Source: Octopus sinensis (lineage: Eukaryota). Taken from it: a stretch of 64,000 nucleotides of DNA. The stretch is taken from assembly GCF_006345805.1 (NCBI RefSeq), contig NC_042997.1, positions 127,968,001 through 128,032,000 of the forward strand, read 5' to 3'. The translations under genes and the position numbers were made by a program. Under the pieces are notes generated by a model. The model saw nothing but the letters and a program-made list of their open reading frames with translations, was not told the origin of the DNA and ran no database searches. The first letter of the stretch is position 1; each line of letters opens with the position of its first letter. This document shows, piece after piece, positions 50,820-62,030 of this stretch.

Positions 50820-52350
50820 ATCCCAGCTGAGGTCTTCATTTGATCCATGGACCAACTGTGGAAGATAGAACCTTACATGCGGAGACCACACCTGCTCCCC
50901 ATCCAGGTAAAGCCAGAGGCGCCTCAACATTAACGCGAATTTTCGCATCCTCAACCAAGGCATCCCTCACCCACCCTTTAGTGGTTTTTGGCAGCAGACA
51001 GAACGCTTCACAAGTGGCTTTCCTCCTTTCCACAAAAAGCAGAAGAGGATTCTTTCCAACTTGTTCAGCCACAAGTCGGGGCAAGACACAACGCTCAGGC
51101 GGTAGGTGATGGCAGATGCTATGAATATCGGCACCACCTCCGTCCTCACTAGCAAAAATAACGCCCGCCCAGACCAGGTCTAGGTTAGGGCAGTCATCTT
51201 GCCCGTGACCTTGCTCTAATTCTTCTCTATCTGAAGGTCTGTGCCTTCCCGACAAGTCTGTCCACGACTCGCGCCAACCTTTTTGCCAACACCTAGGCCA
51301 AAATCTTTAACTCTGTGTTTAGCAGAGTTATGGGCCGAAAATTACTTATGATATCCCCCTTGTTCGAATCAACGTCACCACCCCTGGCTCACAGATCTGG
51401 GAATTCTCCCATTCTACTGCCAGTTGGCGTAGACTGGACAGTAAGTGCCCTAACAAGTCTGGAATACTTTTGTAAAACATATAGGGCAGACCGTCAAGAC
51501 CTGGCGACTTCTGACCTTATCTAAACTTAGCTGACGGCTAAATCTAATATACCCAAAACGTATGGCTCTTTTTAGGGCAAACCACCACCGGTTATTCACA
51601 CGATGCCGGTTAATGCACTTTTCACTAACTCACAAGGCTAAAATAGACTTGTTCAGCTTCCAGTAGCCGGATCCCTGTCTATAGGCACTATCTATATTTA
51701 GCCTACATTTAACCATTTTATGGTCAGTGTAGGTGACTTGAACAAACTGTGGACAGCTAAAGCTAGACTTATCTCTAATCCTTATACCTATCCTGTCTAA
51801 GCAAGTCTTGAGCTTCCCGTCGCCATCCATCCAGGTCCACACTGGGACGCTCGGGGTGCTCAGGTCTGTAATGATTTACCAGCTGAAAACGCTGAAGCAG
51901 ATCGATGAGGCGTGAGTTAACACTCCTACCAGTCGAACCACAGCTATCCAAGCGTGCATCCAGGATAGCATTGTAGTCTCCTATACAACTAATGTCTTGG
52001 ACGTCACGAGAAAGTTCTCTAGGTGCCGATAGAAATCAGTTTGCTGCCTTCTTGCACAAGCCGCGTAAATATCGATCAACCTGAAGGCCTTGTTGCCGTA
52101 TGTCACGTCGAGGACGACTAGCCCACCTTCAGGGTCCACAAAGACTGTACTTGTCTGCAAAGCCAAGGCTTTTCGGACCAGGACTACTACAACCCTTAGA
52201 CCTCCGGTCTGGCCTGGGGACATGAATTTCCCATAGCTATTCAGGAGAGCCGAGAAGGTTTGTAGCCTATCCAGCTTGTTTTCTGTAGCAACCATCACAT
52301 GTATATCATGTGATCTGAGGTCGTCGAGGAAACCGCCGATAGTTGTTGTT
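50820..52350 (-). mobile_element. Tx1/L1-clade LINE ORF2 remnant with large internal deletions
   Basis: APE: FRLIDIYA, LDRIGI...TDHK, GSGYWKLNKS; RT start NFRPITLLNTELKILA; post-RT FLWKGGKPLVKR...PLKGG. Confidence 0.88.
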
Positions 52351-52799
52351 GACAAACGGCAGTAATTTCATTCAGCTGAATACACGTCATCGACTGGTTA
52401 AAATTACCGAAATACGACAACTTTAACACGAAATAACTTTGAAAATATAAACTTTTCTCAACAACACTAAGTGTAAAAGATGTTTTATATGACACAGTAT
52501 CCGAAGTTTGAAAGTGTTTAGTCACAAAAAATTAATTTCTCGATCTCCCATTCAAAGGGAAAAGATCCGCCAAATGGCTACAGAAGTTTCAATATTCCCC
52601 GAAATACTGGGAAATATAATAGTCCAACACAGCCTGCAAACAGACAACAGTTCACAATAATGTTTAACAATAATTTTCAACAACAGAGTACAATAAATAA
52701 CAGAATTTCAACAATAAAAATGACAACTCACAGAGCGCATAAAAAAAAACACGACCGAAGTCTTCAACCGGAAGTAAGCTTCTTACCACACATTCATTC

Positions 52800-53150
52800 C
52801 AATTCATTAATTCATAAAAGGGTAAAAGATCCCTTCGGTCATGAATGACCATGGGATTGCACCAAGAAAATTACCCTCCGAGGTACACGAGCGAGAAAGG
52901 TTGTTTATGGAAGATGAGCAGTCGCCCGTGCATACCAGCCTCCCATTTCCATGCCACCGATGTTATCCAAGAGAAAGGCTGATACATCTTGGCACAAGTG
53001 AAGTTGCAGCTCATTCCTGCAGCTGAGTGAACTGGAGCAACGTGAAATGAAGTGTCTTGCTCAAGAACACAGCACAGCCCGGTCTGGAAATTGAACTCAC
53101 TACCTCATGATTGTGAGCCCAACGCTCTAATCACTAAGCCATACGCCTTT
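52800..53150 (-). mobile_element. SINE family D
   Basis: Homologous to 15949-16268. Confidence 0.85.
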
Positions 53151-53234
53151 ACTATATAGCTATCACATACATGCATACATACATACACACACGCACATAC
53201 ATACATACATACATACATACATACATACATACAC

Positions 53235-53624
53235 ACTCTTTTACTTGTTTCAATCATTTGACTGCGGCCATGCTGGGGCACCGCCTTTAGTCGAGCAAAT
53301 CGACCCCAGGACTTATTCTTTGTAAGCCTAGTACTTATTCTATAGGTCCTTTTTGCCGAACCGCTACGTTACGGGGATGTAAACACACCAGCATCGGTTG
53401 TCAAGCGATGCTGGGGGACAAACAGAGACACACAAACATATACACACACATACATATATACGACGGGCTTGTTTCAATTTCCGTCAACTAAATCCACTCA
53501 CAAGGCTTTGGTCGGCCCGAGGCTATAGTAGAAGACACTTGCCCAAGGTGCCACGCAGTGGGACTGAACCCGGAACCATGTGGTTGGTAAGCAAGCTACA
53601 TACCACACAGCCACTCCTGCGCCT
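53235..53624 (-). mobile_element. SINE family C, full length, within (TACA)n
   Basis: Complete head and tail. Confidence 0.95.
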
Positions 53625-55255
53625 ACATACATACATTCATACATACATACATACATACATACATACATACATACATACATACATACATACATACATACAT
53701 ACTACATACATACATACATATGTCCACGACTCTCCATACAACAAACCTAACCTTTTATTTATTGACATGTAAACTCTGGAGATAACTTGAATCTTGATAT
53801 TATCTCCCCTTGTTCTCGAGCAAAGCTAGTCTTAATTGCTATTTATTAATTATGATACAACCTCTAGAGGCGAAGATAATTTTGATAAATCAAGAATTTA
53901 TGTTGAAAGTTATTTGATGTATTTGTATTTGTCTATGTTGTTAAAATACATGCCATTGGCCACTCTGAGTCATGGCTCTTAGCTAATTTTTCCTTGAATT
54001 ATGCAAATCACCTCGACTGTAAATGTGTTCTACACTGTTTTGTATAAGACTTGGATACTGGGAGTAAGGTTACACAATTGTTGTGCAGACGATAGTTATT
54101 AAGTCAGAAACACGTGTCCTTGACTATACTCTTATCCCAGACAATGACCCTGTCCTTTTCTTTAACGGTATCGAGCTTGATGCTTATCTCCCCTTCTCAA
54201 GTGGAGATGATCTTAATTGCCATTTAACAAATATGATACATCATCTACAGACGGATATAATGTTAATAAATCAAGAATTTATTCTGTATGATACTTGACA
54301 TGCTTGTCTTGTCTACATACATACATACATACATCAAGGCATCATGCATACAAACATACATACATCAGGGCATCATACATACATACATACATACATCAGG
54401 GCATCATACATACAGACATACATATTTACATGCATGCATGCATGCATGCATACATACATACATACATACATACATACATACATACATACATACATTTATA
54501 TTCGATCAAAAGAATTACTGCGTAGTCTCTCACCTTGCTAGAAACAGCAAGCAAGTCTCCCTCAAATCACATTCTGCAAACTTGAACAAGAATAGAACAC
54601 ATTGTATAGTTATTCTTCATCTATAAATGTCGCGATGGTCACGGCTCTTGTATATTATTGTTTTCGGCGAGATGGAGCGAAGAATAGATGCAGGGTGCAG
54701 CCGGGTGACTGTAACAGTCGTTTCTACTTCATCTCCCCCTTACACCATCACCACCACTTTGCTTCAGTCTGAGTCATGCTGACATCTCGGCCTACCTTTC
54801 TTCATCAATAACAAACATAGTGACATTTGCTTTCTATGTCCTGCGGGACTTGTCATTTCAACAACTATGACCCCAGAGCATGATATGATAAAGAGCACTT
54901 ATTCTCCCTCCTCTCTTCTTTTCTCGCCATCTTTCTTTCCCTCTCTCCCTCTCTCTCTCCCTCTCTCCCTATCTCCCTCTCTCTCTCTCTCTCTCTCCCT
55001 CTCTCTCTCCCTCTCTCTCTCCCTCCTCGTCTTTCAATATGTTACCAGCATCACTGTAAGACGATGAGTATTTCCATTAAAGCGATGTAGCATTAAACTG
55101 AACACATTTCTTAAGAATACAACTACATCTCAACATTGAAAGAATTAAACTTACGCACGCAAACACGACACACACACATATATAAACATTCACTCACACA
55201 CATACACACGCACGTGCAGTATATATATGTGTACGTGTATATATATATATGTATG

Positions 55256-55295
<40 letters not shown>

Positions 55296-55962
55296 TACAC
55301 ACACATAAACACACTTACACATATACACATACCCATACACATTCACAAATATAAACACACAAACACACTCATTTTTCGATTGATACAGCTTGCATCTCTC
55401 GCTCGCAATGTCTTTTAGCCTTCAGGCCACCCTGCAATAAAAGAAAACCAAGGGACAGGATGAATTAGGTGATGTTATTTGCTTGGCTTCTCTGAAAAAA
55501 AAACATGAAGCGAACACGCATACTGAGATTACACTAATGCAATGGATATATAAGCACCCCACACACACACACACACACACACCCACACACATTTATGCAT
55601 ACACATAGGAGAAAGTCTGGTTAGTTGAAACATATTTCATAGAATGCTGCTTATTTTCAACACATAATTATATTGATAACATCTTCTACTTTAAAAATTT
55701 TATAGATATACAATTATATAACAAACTCAGCAAATACATTCACCAGGGGCTTAGAGAGAGATTCCTAAGAAACGTAATTTTTTTCACCCAAGTCTAAACG
55801 TTCCAACTTGCTTGTTCTTGAGTAGCATAAATTGAAACATGCTACGGGGCATGTTAGAACATACCAGTAATCAATTGTAGAACAATTCAAGAATTATACT
55901 GGCATAGTTTCAATTTATAACTTTTATTGAGGTATGTTATAGACTAGCCACAACTACGTACC

Positions 55963-56188
55963 TATTTCTTTACTACCCACAAGGGGCTAAACACAGAGAG
56001 GACAAACAAGGACAGACAAACGGATTAAGTCGATTATATCGACCCCAGTACGTAGCTGGTACTTATTTAATCAAACCCGAAAGGATGAAAGGCAAAGTTG
56101 ACCTCGGCGGAATTTGAACTCGTAGCGGCAGACGAAATACTGCTAAGCATTTCGCCCAGCGTGCTAACGTTTCTGCCAGCTCACCGCC
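55963..56188 (-). mobile_element. SINE family A, full length
   Basis: Head at 56188, 3' end AAAGAAATA at 55963. Confidence 0.93.
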
Positions 56189-56412
56189 TTGTCTTCAACT
56201 ATTTACCGTCGTCAGTTTGGTTTGCTGCCTTTAAATATGGTTTATTGGTACAAAACATGTCCTTGTTTTCACTCTGGTTTGTAGGCTGATAGATCTGCAG
56301 AAAACACAACTTTCTCCTAACGACACGTTGCTGTCACTCTAGTACAGAAAATCAGAATAAATATGATGTTCTCATGTTCAAGTATATCTATTTCAGTATT
56401 AGTCTTTGACAA

Positions 56413-56571
56413 TCATCCTTCTTTATCACAGGGTCTTGGTTCCACAGTGATAAATGGATCACCACGCACTTTGTAAATGTTAGATCCATTAACACCGAAC
56501 TCGCGGCCCACAGCAGCGAGGCTTCCGCCGTCACGTATTTGCTTGATTATCTCTGACGTTTCCTGTAGACA
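56413..56571 (-). pseudogene. Possible pogo/Tigger-type N-terminal HTH fragment
   Basis: EIIKQIRDGGSLAAVGREFGVNGSNIYKV resembles the psq/CENP-B HTH; short, no catalytic domain seen. Confidence 0.35.
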
Positions 56572-57562
56572 CTACACTCGTCTGCATCGCTTGTTAGGAT
56601 CAGTCGCCTTCGTACATTTTCTTTCCACTGGTCCCATACGGAAATCCGTATAAAAAGTACATCACCTCGCAGCACTGTTATGTAAACACAAGTGGTAGTC
56701 AGTCTTCTCTGGGTAGCTGACCGTTGTGGGTTGTCGCTAGTGCAGACTTTTGCGATTCAGGCAAAATCTTCAGGTTGATTACCAATCGGTGTTATCACAG
56801 ATCAATTCTTGATAAGCGTAGCATGGTTCACATGGAGATGTGATCTTGGATCAGTGATGAATGAATCAATGATAAATAAGGCGACATGTATTGTGAATTT
56901 GGGTCGTGCAAAACTTTGTTTGGAATATGTTTCAAGATTATTATTATTTTTTTTTTTTTTGGTTAACTCATCATCGTTTATTTCATCAACTAGTGAACCA
57001 CTTTATTCCCTGCAAAATGAAGAACAATTCTCCACTCCTGCGTTTGAAGGGTCTTCTCATTTTTCTTCTCATATTTCTTAAGAATATAATAAAACCAATC
57101 TTCACTGTCATATTCATTCTACACCCCAGAAAATCTATGATCGGACAAAGTCGCCTCGCATATTCAAGCGCCAAAATCTTTCACCTTTTTAGTTTAAACG
57201 CTACAATATGTGCCGATTTACTTCTGATAAAACACTGACACATATTCCAGCTACCCTTAAAGCAACAATGACCTCCACATATACCCTGCAAATAAAACAA
57301 ATTGGATCAGGTAAAATTATTTCATGTCCTACTCCGATTATTTTCTACTCAACAATGAATACACAAAAGCGTTCATTCTTAATCTAGTATTTACTTCACA
57401 AACTGAGTGAAAAATTTGCTTTACGATATAAAAAAAAAATGCTGAAACCGCTCTGTGTGCTTGAAAACATTCTGCAACTACTCAATGGGAATAGGAAAAA
57501 GAGGCTCTCACAAGCAGACAACACAATCCTTATTTTAGGTTTTCAATTGATAGCACTTTGCC

Positions 57563-57633
<71 letters not shown>

Positions 57634-58311
57634 ACTAACTATCTATACATACATATGTGTGCGTGTGCGTGTGGGTATGCGTATGTGCCTGTTTGTGCAT
57701 GTATATCTATGCATGTAACCGACTGTGAGCATATCCGCACATGGCTATTAATGCACCCATCCGGGATCTTTTCTGTTTGGCCGCCAAGATTTCAAAAATC
57801 AAAGTATATTGAAAAATTTTTAATTTGGTACATTAATGTAGTGTTTCCAGCTGAATTGCTGGAGTTATTTCACTTATTCCAGAAAAATTTTTTTTAAAGT
57901 TATAGAGGTTTAAAGTCTGATCATTTTCACCCAGTCAAGAAACAGGATTTGGAAGCTCATATTTTGTCATCATCCTGAAAATAGCACTCGTTTTTTTATG
58001 TGAAAGTGTAAACAAATGATTTACGCACGACATATAACCCCTCATAACTTTTTTAACTTTTGGAGTTTTCAGAAAATTTTTGCGAATTTGTATTTTACAC
58101 GCAGGACTTCATACGATTATCAAAAAAAAATCGGGGAAGTGCCTGATTTAAGGCCCATTTAGCTGTTATTTAGTTGTTATTTTTAGCACACCTCGCAACC
58201 ACCTCAATGACAAAAAAAATACCAGTAAACAACAGGTATATTGTTTTAAGCATTCAATATACATTTAATGTGATTAAGAGTACATTACAAATTAAATATT
58301 TCTCAAAATAA

Positions 58312-58709
58312 GAAAACATTTGCAGCGTAGAAGGTGTTTATAAGCCAGTTAAGAAACATACAAAAACCGTTAGATTCACTTCAGCATTTAAATATAATTT
58401 GCCAAAATATTTTCGTCGCTTTGAGACCGCGACCTGTTCACTGACAAAATTCCGTACTGCATCTCAGTGAAAAGGTCACGATCTCAAAGTGACGAAAATA
58501 TTTTGGCAAATCAAATTTAAATGTTGAGGTGAATCTAACGATTTTTGTGTGTTTCTTAAATGGCTTATAAACACCTTCCACGCTGCAATTGTTTTCGTTC
58601 CGGCACACGATCTCAGATCAGGTAACTTTCTAAGCAAGTATATCTTCGTAACTACAAAATAAGAAACTTATAGCACAAACTTAAAAGATTTATCCCAAAA
58701 CAAAATAGC
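58312..58709. mobile_element. Foldback element: 133-bp imperfect inverted arms (58312-58444, 58464-58596) plus a 113-bp extension
   Basis: Arms are complementary with scattered mismatches; flanked by an imperfect ~31-bp direct repeat with a 20-bp identical core ACATTACAAATTAAATATTT (58282-58301, 58710-58729). Confidence 0.85.
58398..58448 (-). ncRNA. Minimal type-I hammerhead variant with G3:C8 core swap
   Basis: UUUGUCA-GUGAACA-G-GUCGC GGUCUCAAA GCGAC-GAA A AUAU U U-UGGCAAA: 7-bp stem I (one G-U), 5-bp stem II, palindromic tetraloop stem III. Confidence 0.65.
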
Positions 58710-58742
58710 ACATTACAAATTAAATATTTTTTAAAAATAAGC

Positions 58743-59000
58743 ATCTCCAATCTTAAGTGGATGACGGAGCAAGTCCTTCGCACATGCTTCCCTAACACAT
58801 TTCTTATAATCAACAGCTGTGCAGTGGTTCATTCTTAGTTCTTCAACACAAACCGGACTGAGTAAAGGAAAAGCACTATAGTCCTAAGAGGAAGGATGCC
58901 ACATTCAAATCATGTCTTTCCTCACTGACACTGACTGCATGCATCATTGGTGCGTGCATCGCCAATACATATTCCCACCACGTTTTCTTGTACCTATAAA
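58743..59000 (-). mobile_element. Merlin (IS1595-like) transposase N-terminal remnant
   Basis: One frame with 3 stops: YWRCTHQ*CMQSVSVRKD...EELRMNHCTAVDYKKCVREACAKDLLRHPLKIG, fitting the Merlin pattern WRC...C...SIRK...VVDW..FCREVC......KIGG; truncated before the DDE domain. Confidence 0.7.
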
Positions 59001-59316
59001 ATGCCTCTTCGTTTTGCATAATTTCTGGCAAGTACGAAACCGCATCTTCCTCTGGTGCGTGATCTAAGGCCTATTTGGATGCTATTTTTAGCACATATAC
59101 CAACCATTTCTATGACTGGAACATATTAGTCAACATTCTCGCAGACAAAAAGTTCTCATGTTTGGATTGTTACTATGGAAACAGGCATGAATGTGTCTGT
59201 GGCTTACGATTGACTAAAATTACCCAAAGTTTTCAAACATTAATAGCTAACTATTTATTGATTTATGACGAAAGTGATTTTCATGGCATTGATTAGCCTA
59301 TAAAAGTGTTTCATTA

Positions 59317-59497
59317 TAGGAGTAAGAGTGGCTGTGTGGTAAGTAGCTTGCTTACCAGCCACATAGTTACGGGTTCAGTCCCACTGCATGGCACCTTGGG
59401 CAAGTGTCTTTTACTATAGCCTCGGCTCAACCAAGGCCTTGTGAGTGGATTCGGTTGAGTGGATTCGGTAGGCGGAAACTGAAAGAAGCCCGTCGTA

Positions 59498-59579
<82 letters not shown>

Positions 59580-59585
59580 ATATAC

Positions 59586-59618
<33 letters not shown>

Positions 59619-59850
59619 CATGTATATGTGTGTGTATATGTTTGTGTGTCTGTGTTTCTCCCCCCAGCATCGCTTGATGCTGGTGTGTTTATGTTCCCGT
59701 AACTAAGCGGTTCAGCAAAAGAGACCGATTGACTAAGTACTAGGCTTACAAAGAATAAGTGCTGGAGTCGATTTGCTCGACTAAAGGCGGTGCTCCAGCA
59801 CGGCCACGGTCAAATGACTGAAACACGTAAAAGAGTAAAGAGTAAAAGAG
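59317..59850 (+). mobile_element. SINE family C flanked by a 69-bp direct duplication
   Basis: Full-length copy; duplicates at 59248-59316 and 59855-59923 (5 mismatches). Confidence 0.93.
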
Positions 59851-60220
59851 CTAATAACTATTTATTGATTTATGAGGGAAATGATTTTCATGTCATTGAT
59901 TAGCCTGTAAAAGTGTTTCATTACACTTAATATGAAATCAATTCGAACAGAAATTGCCCTTAGCAATCAAAGAGAAAAGAACCTCCATCCGCACATGTAT
60001 ATATATACGCCTTGGTAGGTACTAACTAAGGTAGCTATATGCTTATTTTTGTGTCTGTTTATGACGTATATGTATGTGGCTATATCTATGGACTTATGAA
60101 CTAATATAAACACCGATACATATATCTATGTATGAATGTATATACGGGTATATCTTTCTAACAAAGTACACATGTACCCTTGTATATGTCTGTGCTTGTA
60201 TATTTCTACACACGCTATAA

Positions 60221-60498
60221 ATTTGGCATTCTTTCGATATAACTCGACAAAATCAAAACATTTCACTTCGGGTATTTCCGTGGAGGCAAATGACAATTCG
60301 ATTCTGTTTTCTGCTTGGAAATTTGCGGATTTTAGATACACACATGAAACATGTAAGAACAAATATGCAAGGCTTTTTTTCTTCAAGTTTAAAATGAGAC
60401 ATTGCTGGCATAGTTTCGTTCTGTCTATACTCCACAACCCACGTAAATACCCGAAGTAAAATGTTTCGATTTTGTTGCGTTACATCGAAGGAATGCCA
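60221..60498. mobile_element. Putative MITE with ~54-bp imperfect terminal inverted repeats
   Basis: 60224-60277 versus 60445-60498, about 6 mismatches; non-coding interior. Confidence 0.55.
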
Positions 60499-60551
60499 TA
60501 AATATATATGCATATGAGTGTATGTCTGTGTATGTGCATGTGTGTATGTGC

Positions 60552-60587
<36 letters not shown>

Positions 60588-60590
60588 GTT

Positions 60591-60622
<32 letters not shown>

Positions 60623-61738
60623 AGTATGCGCACATGTTCACGTGTGTACTTATGTGTGTACGTGTATATGTAAATGGCACGAGTGCGTATAAAAGTGAAT
60701 GCATGTCCGTGTATGTGTATGTGAGTGTGTACTTGTCTGAGTCTATACGGATGGAGGTGTGAATCGACAGGATAAGTGATGTGTGCCCGTATGTATGTAT
60801 GTGTGTGCGTGCGTGCGTGTGTGTATGGGTGTGTGAGTGCATATGTGCGTGTATATGTACATGCGTACATCACATATGTATATATATATATGTGTGTGTG
60901 TGTGAGTGTGTGTCTGTCTGTGTGTCGGTGTAAGCAGCCGTCAAGTCTAAAGACGGGAATCGCATCCCCACCAAATTCTTGACCACGCCGTCACGCTTGA
61001 CTGCCATCCAGCCATCAAAGGTCTCCACACACTTTAAGGCATTTCAGTCCAATGTCATAAACATTCACTCCCATTTGCATTATTTTTTATCAGCCACTTC
61101 CTGATAATAACCATAAACACACCCCACCCCCATTCATATTAGATTCTTTGTATTTTTTTGTTTTTTAATCAACCACTTACTGACCCCAAATGTCCTCACT
61201 TATCATTAATGGTGCGAAACTAAGGATTATCATTTAGTTGATAACTGGTGAAGAATTAGAGCCCTACTTTGTCTCCCGTCCAGTTGAACACTCAGTATAC
61301 GTATACGTTTTTTACCTGTCATTGTTTATTTACAATAATTTTTTTTCATTTATTAAGTAAAGGAACGCAATGCACCACGACAATAAGTTATATCGCCTTC
61401 GAAACACGCTGGAGTTAAACTAGGGACGGCTGATGAAGGGTATTTTCCCTTGTGTAGTCGTCTTGTACTCTGTTTTTTCGTTGTTAAAGGAATGGTCCGT
61501 TCCATACTGTTTTTACGTTTTCGTTTCTCGTTGAGTTCTACGTCTATTTGTGGTGTCCTGTACACACGTATATATATTTATATATGCATGTATATATACA
61601 TGTAGATGTAGGTACGTACATATATGTTTGTATGTATGCATATATTTTATTTATTACACTATTGTATGACTGAGCGCCTTCGCGTCGATTCGATTCGATT
61701 CGTTTGGTTTGGTTTCGTTTCTTCTTCTTCTCTAAGCT

Positions 61739-61829
<91 letters not shown>

Positions 61830-61961
61830 TTATGTATGTATGTATTTATATATGTATTTATGTATGTATGTATGCATGTATTTATGTATGTATGTATGTA
61901 TTTATTTATGTATGTATGTATACATAGTTGACGAATACTGATTGCATATTCTATATGTATG

Positions 61962-62010
<49 letters not shown>

Positions 62011-62030
62011 ATAAGTAAATATATATATAT

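Noticed and set aside
50836-51255. 139-aa minus-strand ORF and 89-aa plus-strand ORF as possible genes
   Set aside because: Alternative frames of the Tx1/L1-like LINE remnant.
61395-61455. GAAAC...CTGATGA as a permuted (type II/III) hammerhead
   Set aside because: No GAAA follows the hairpin after CTGATGA and no stem I hairpin can be formed in the permuted reading.
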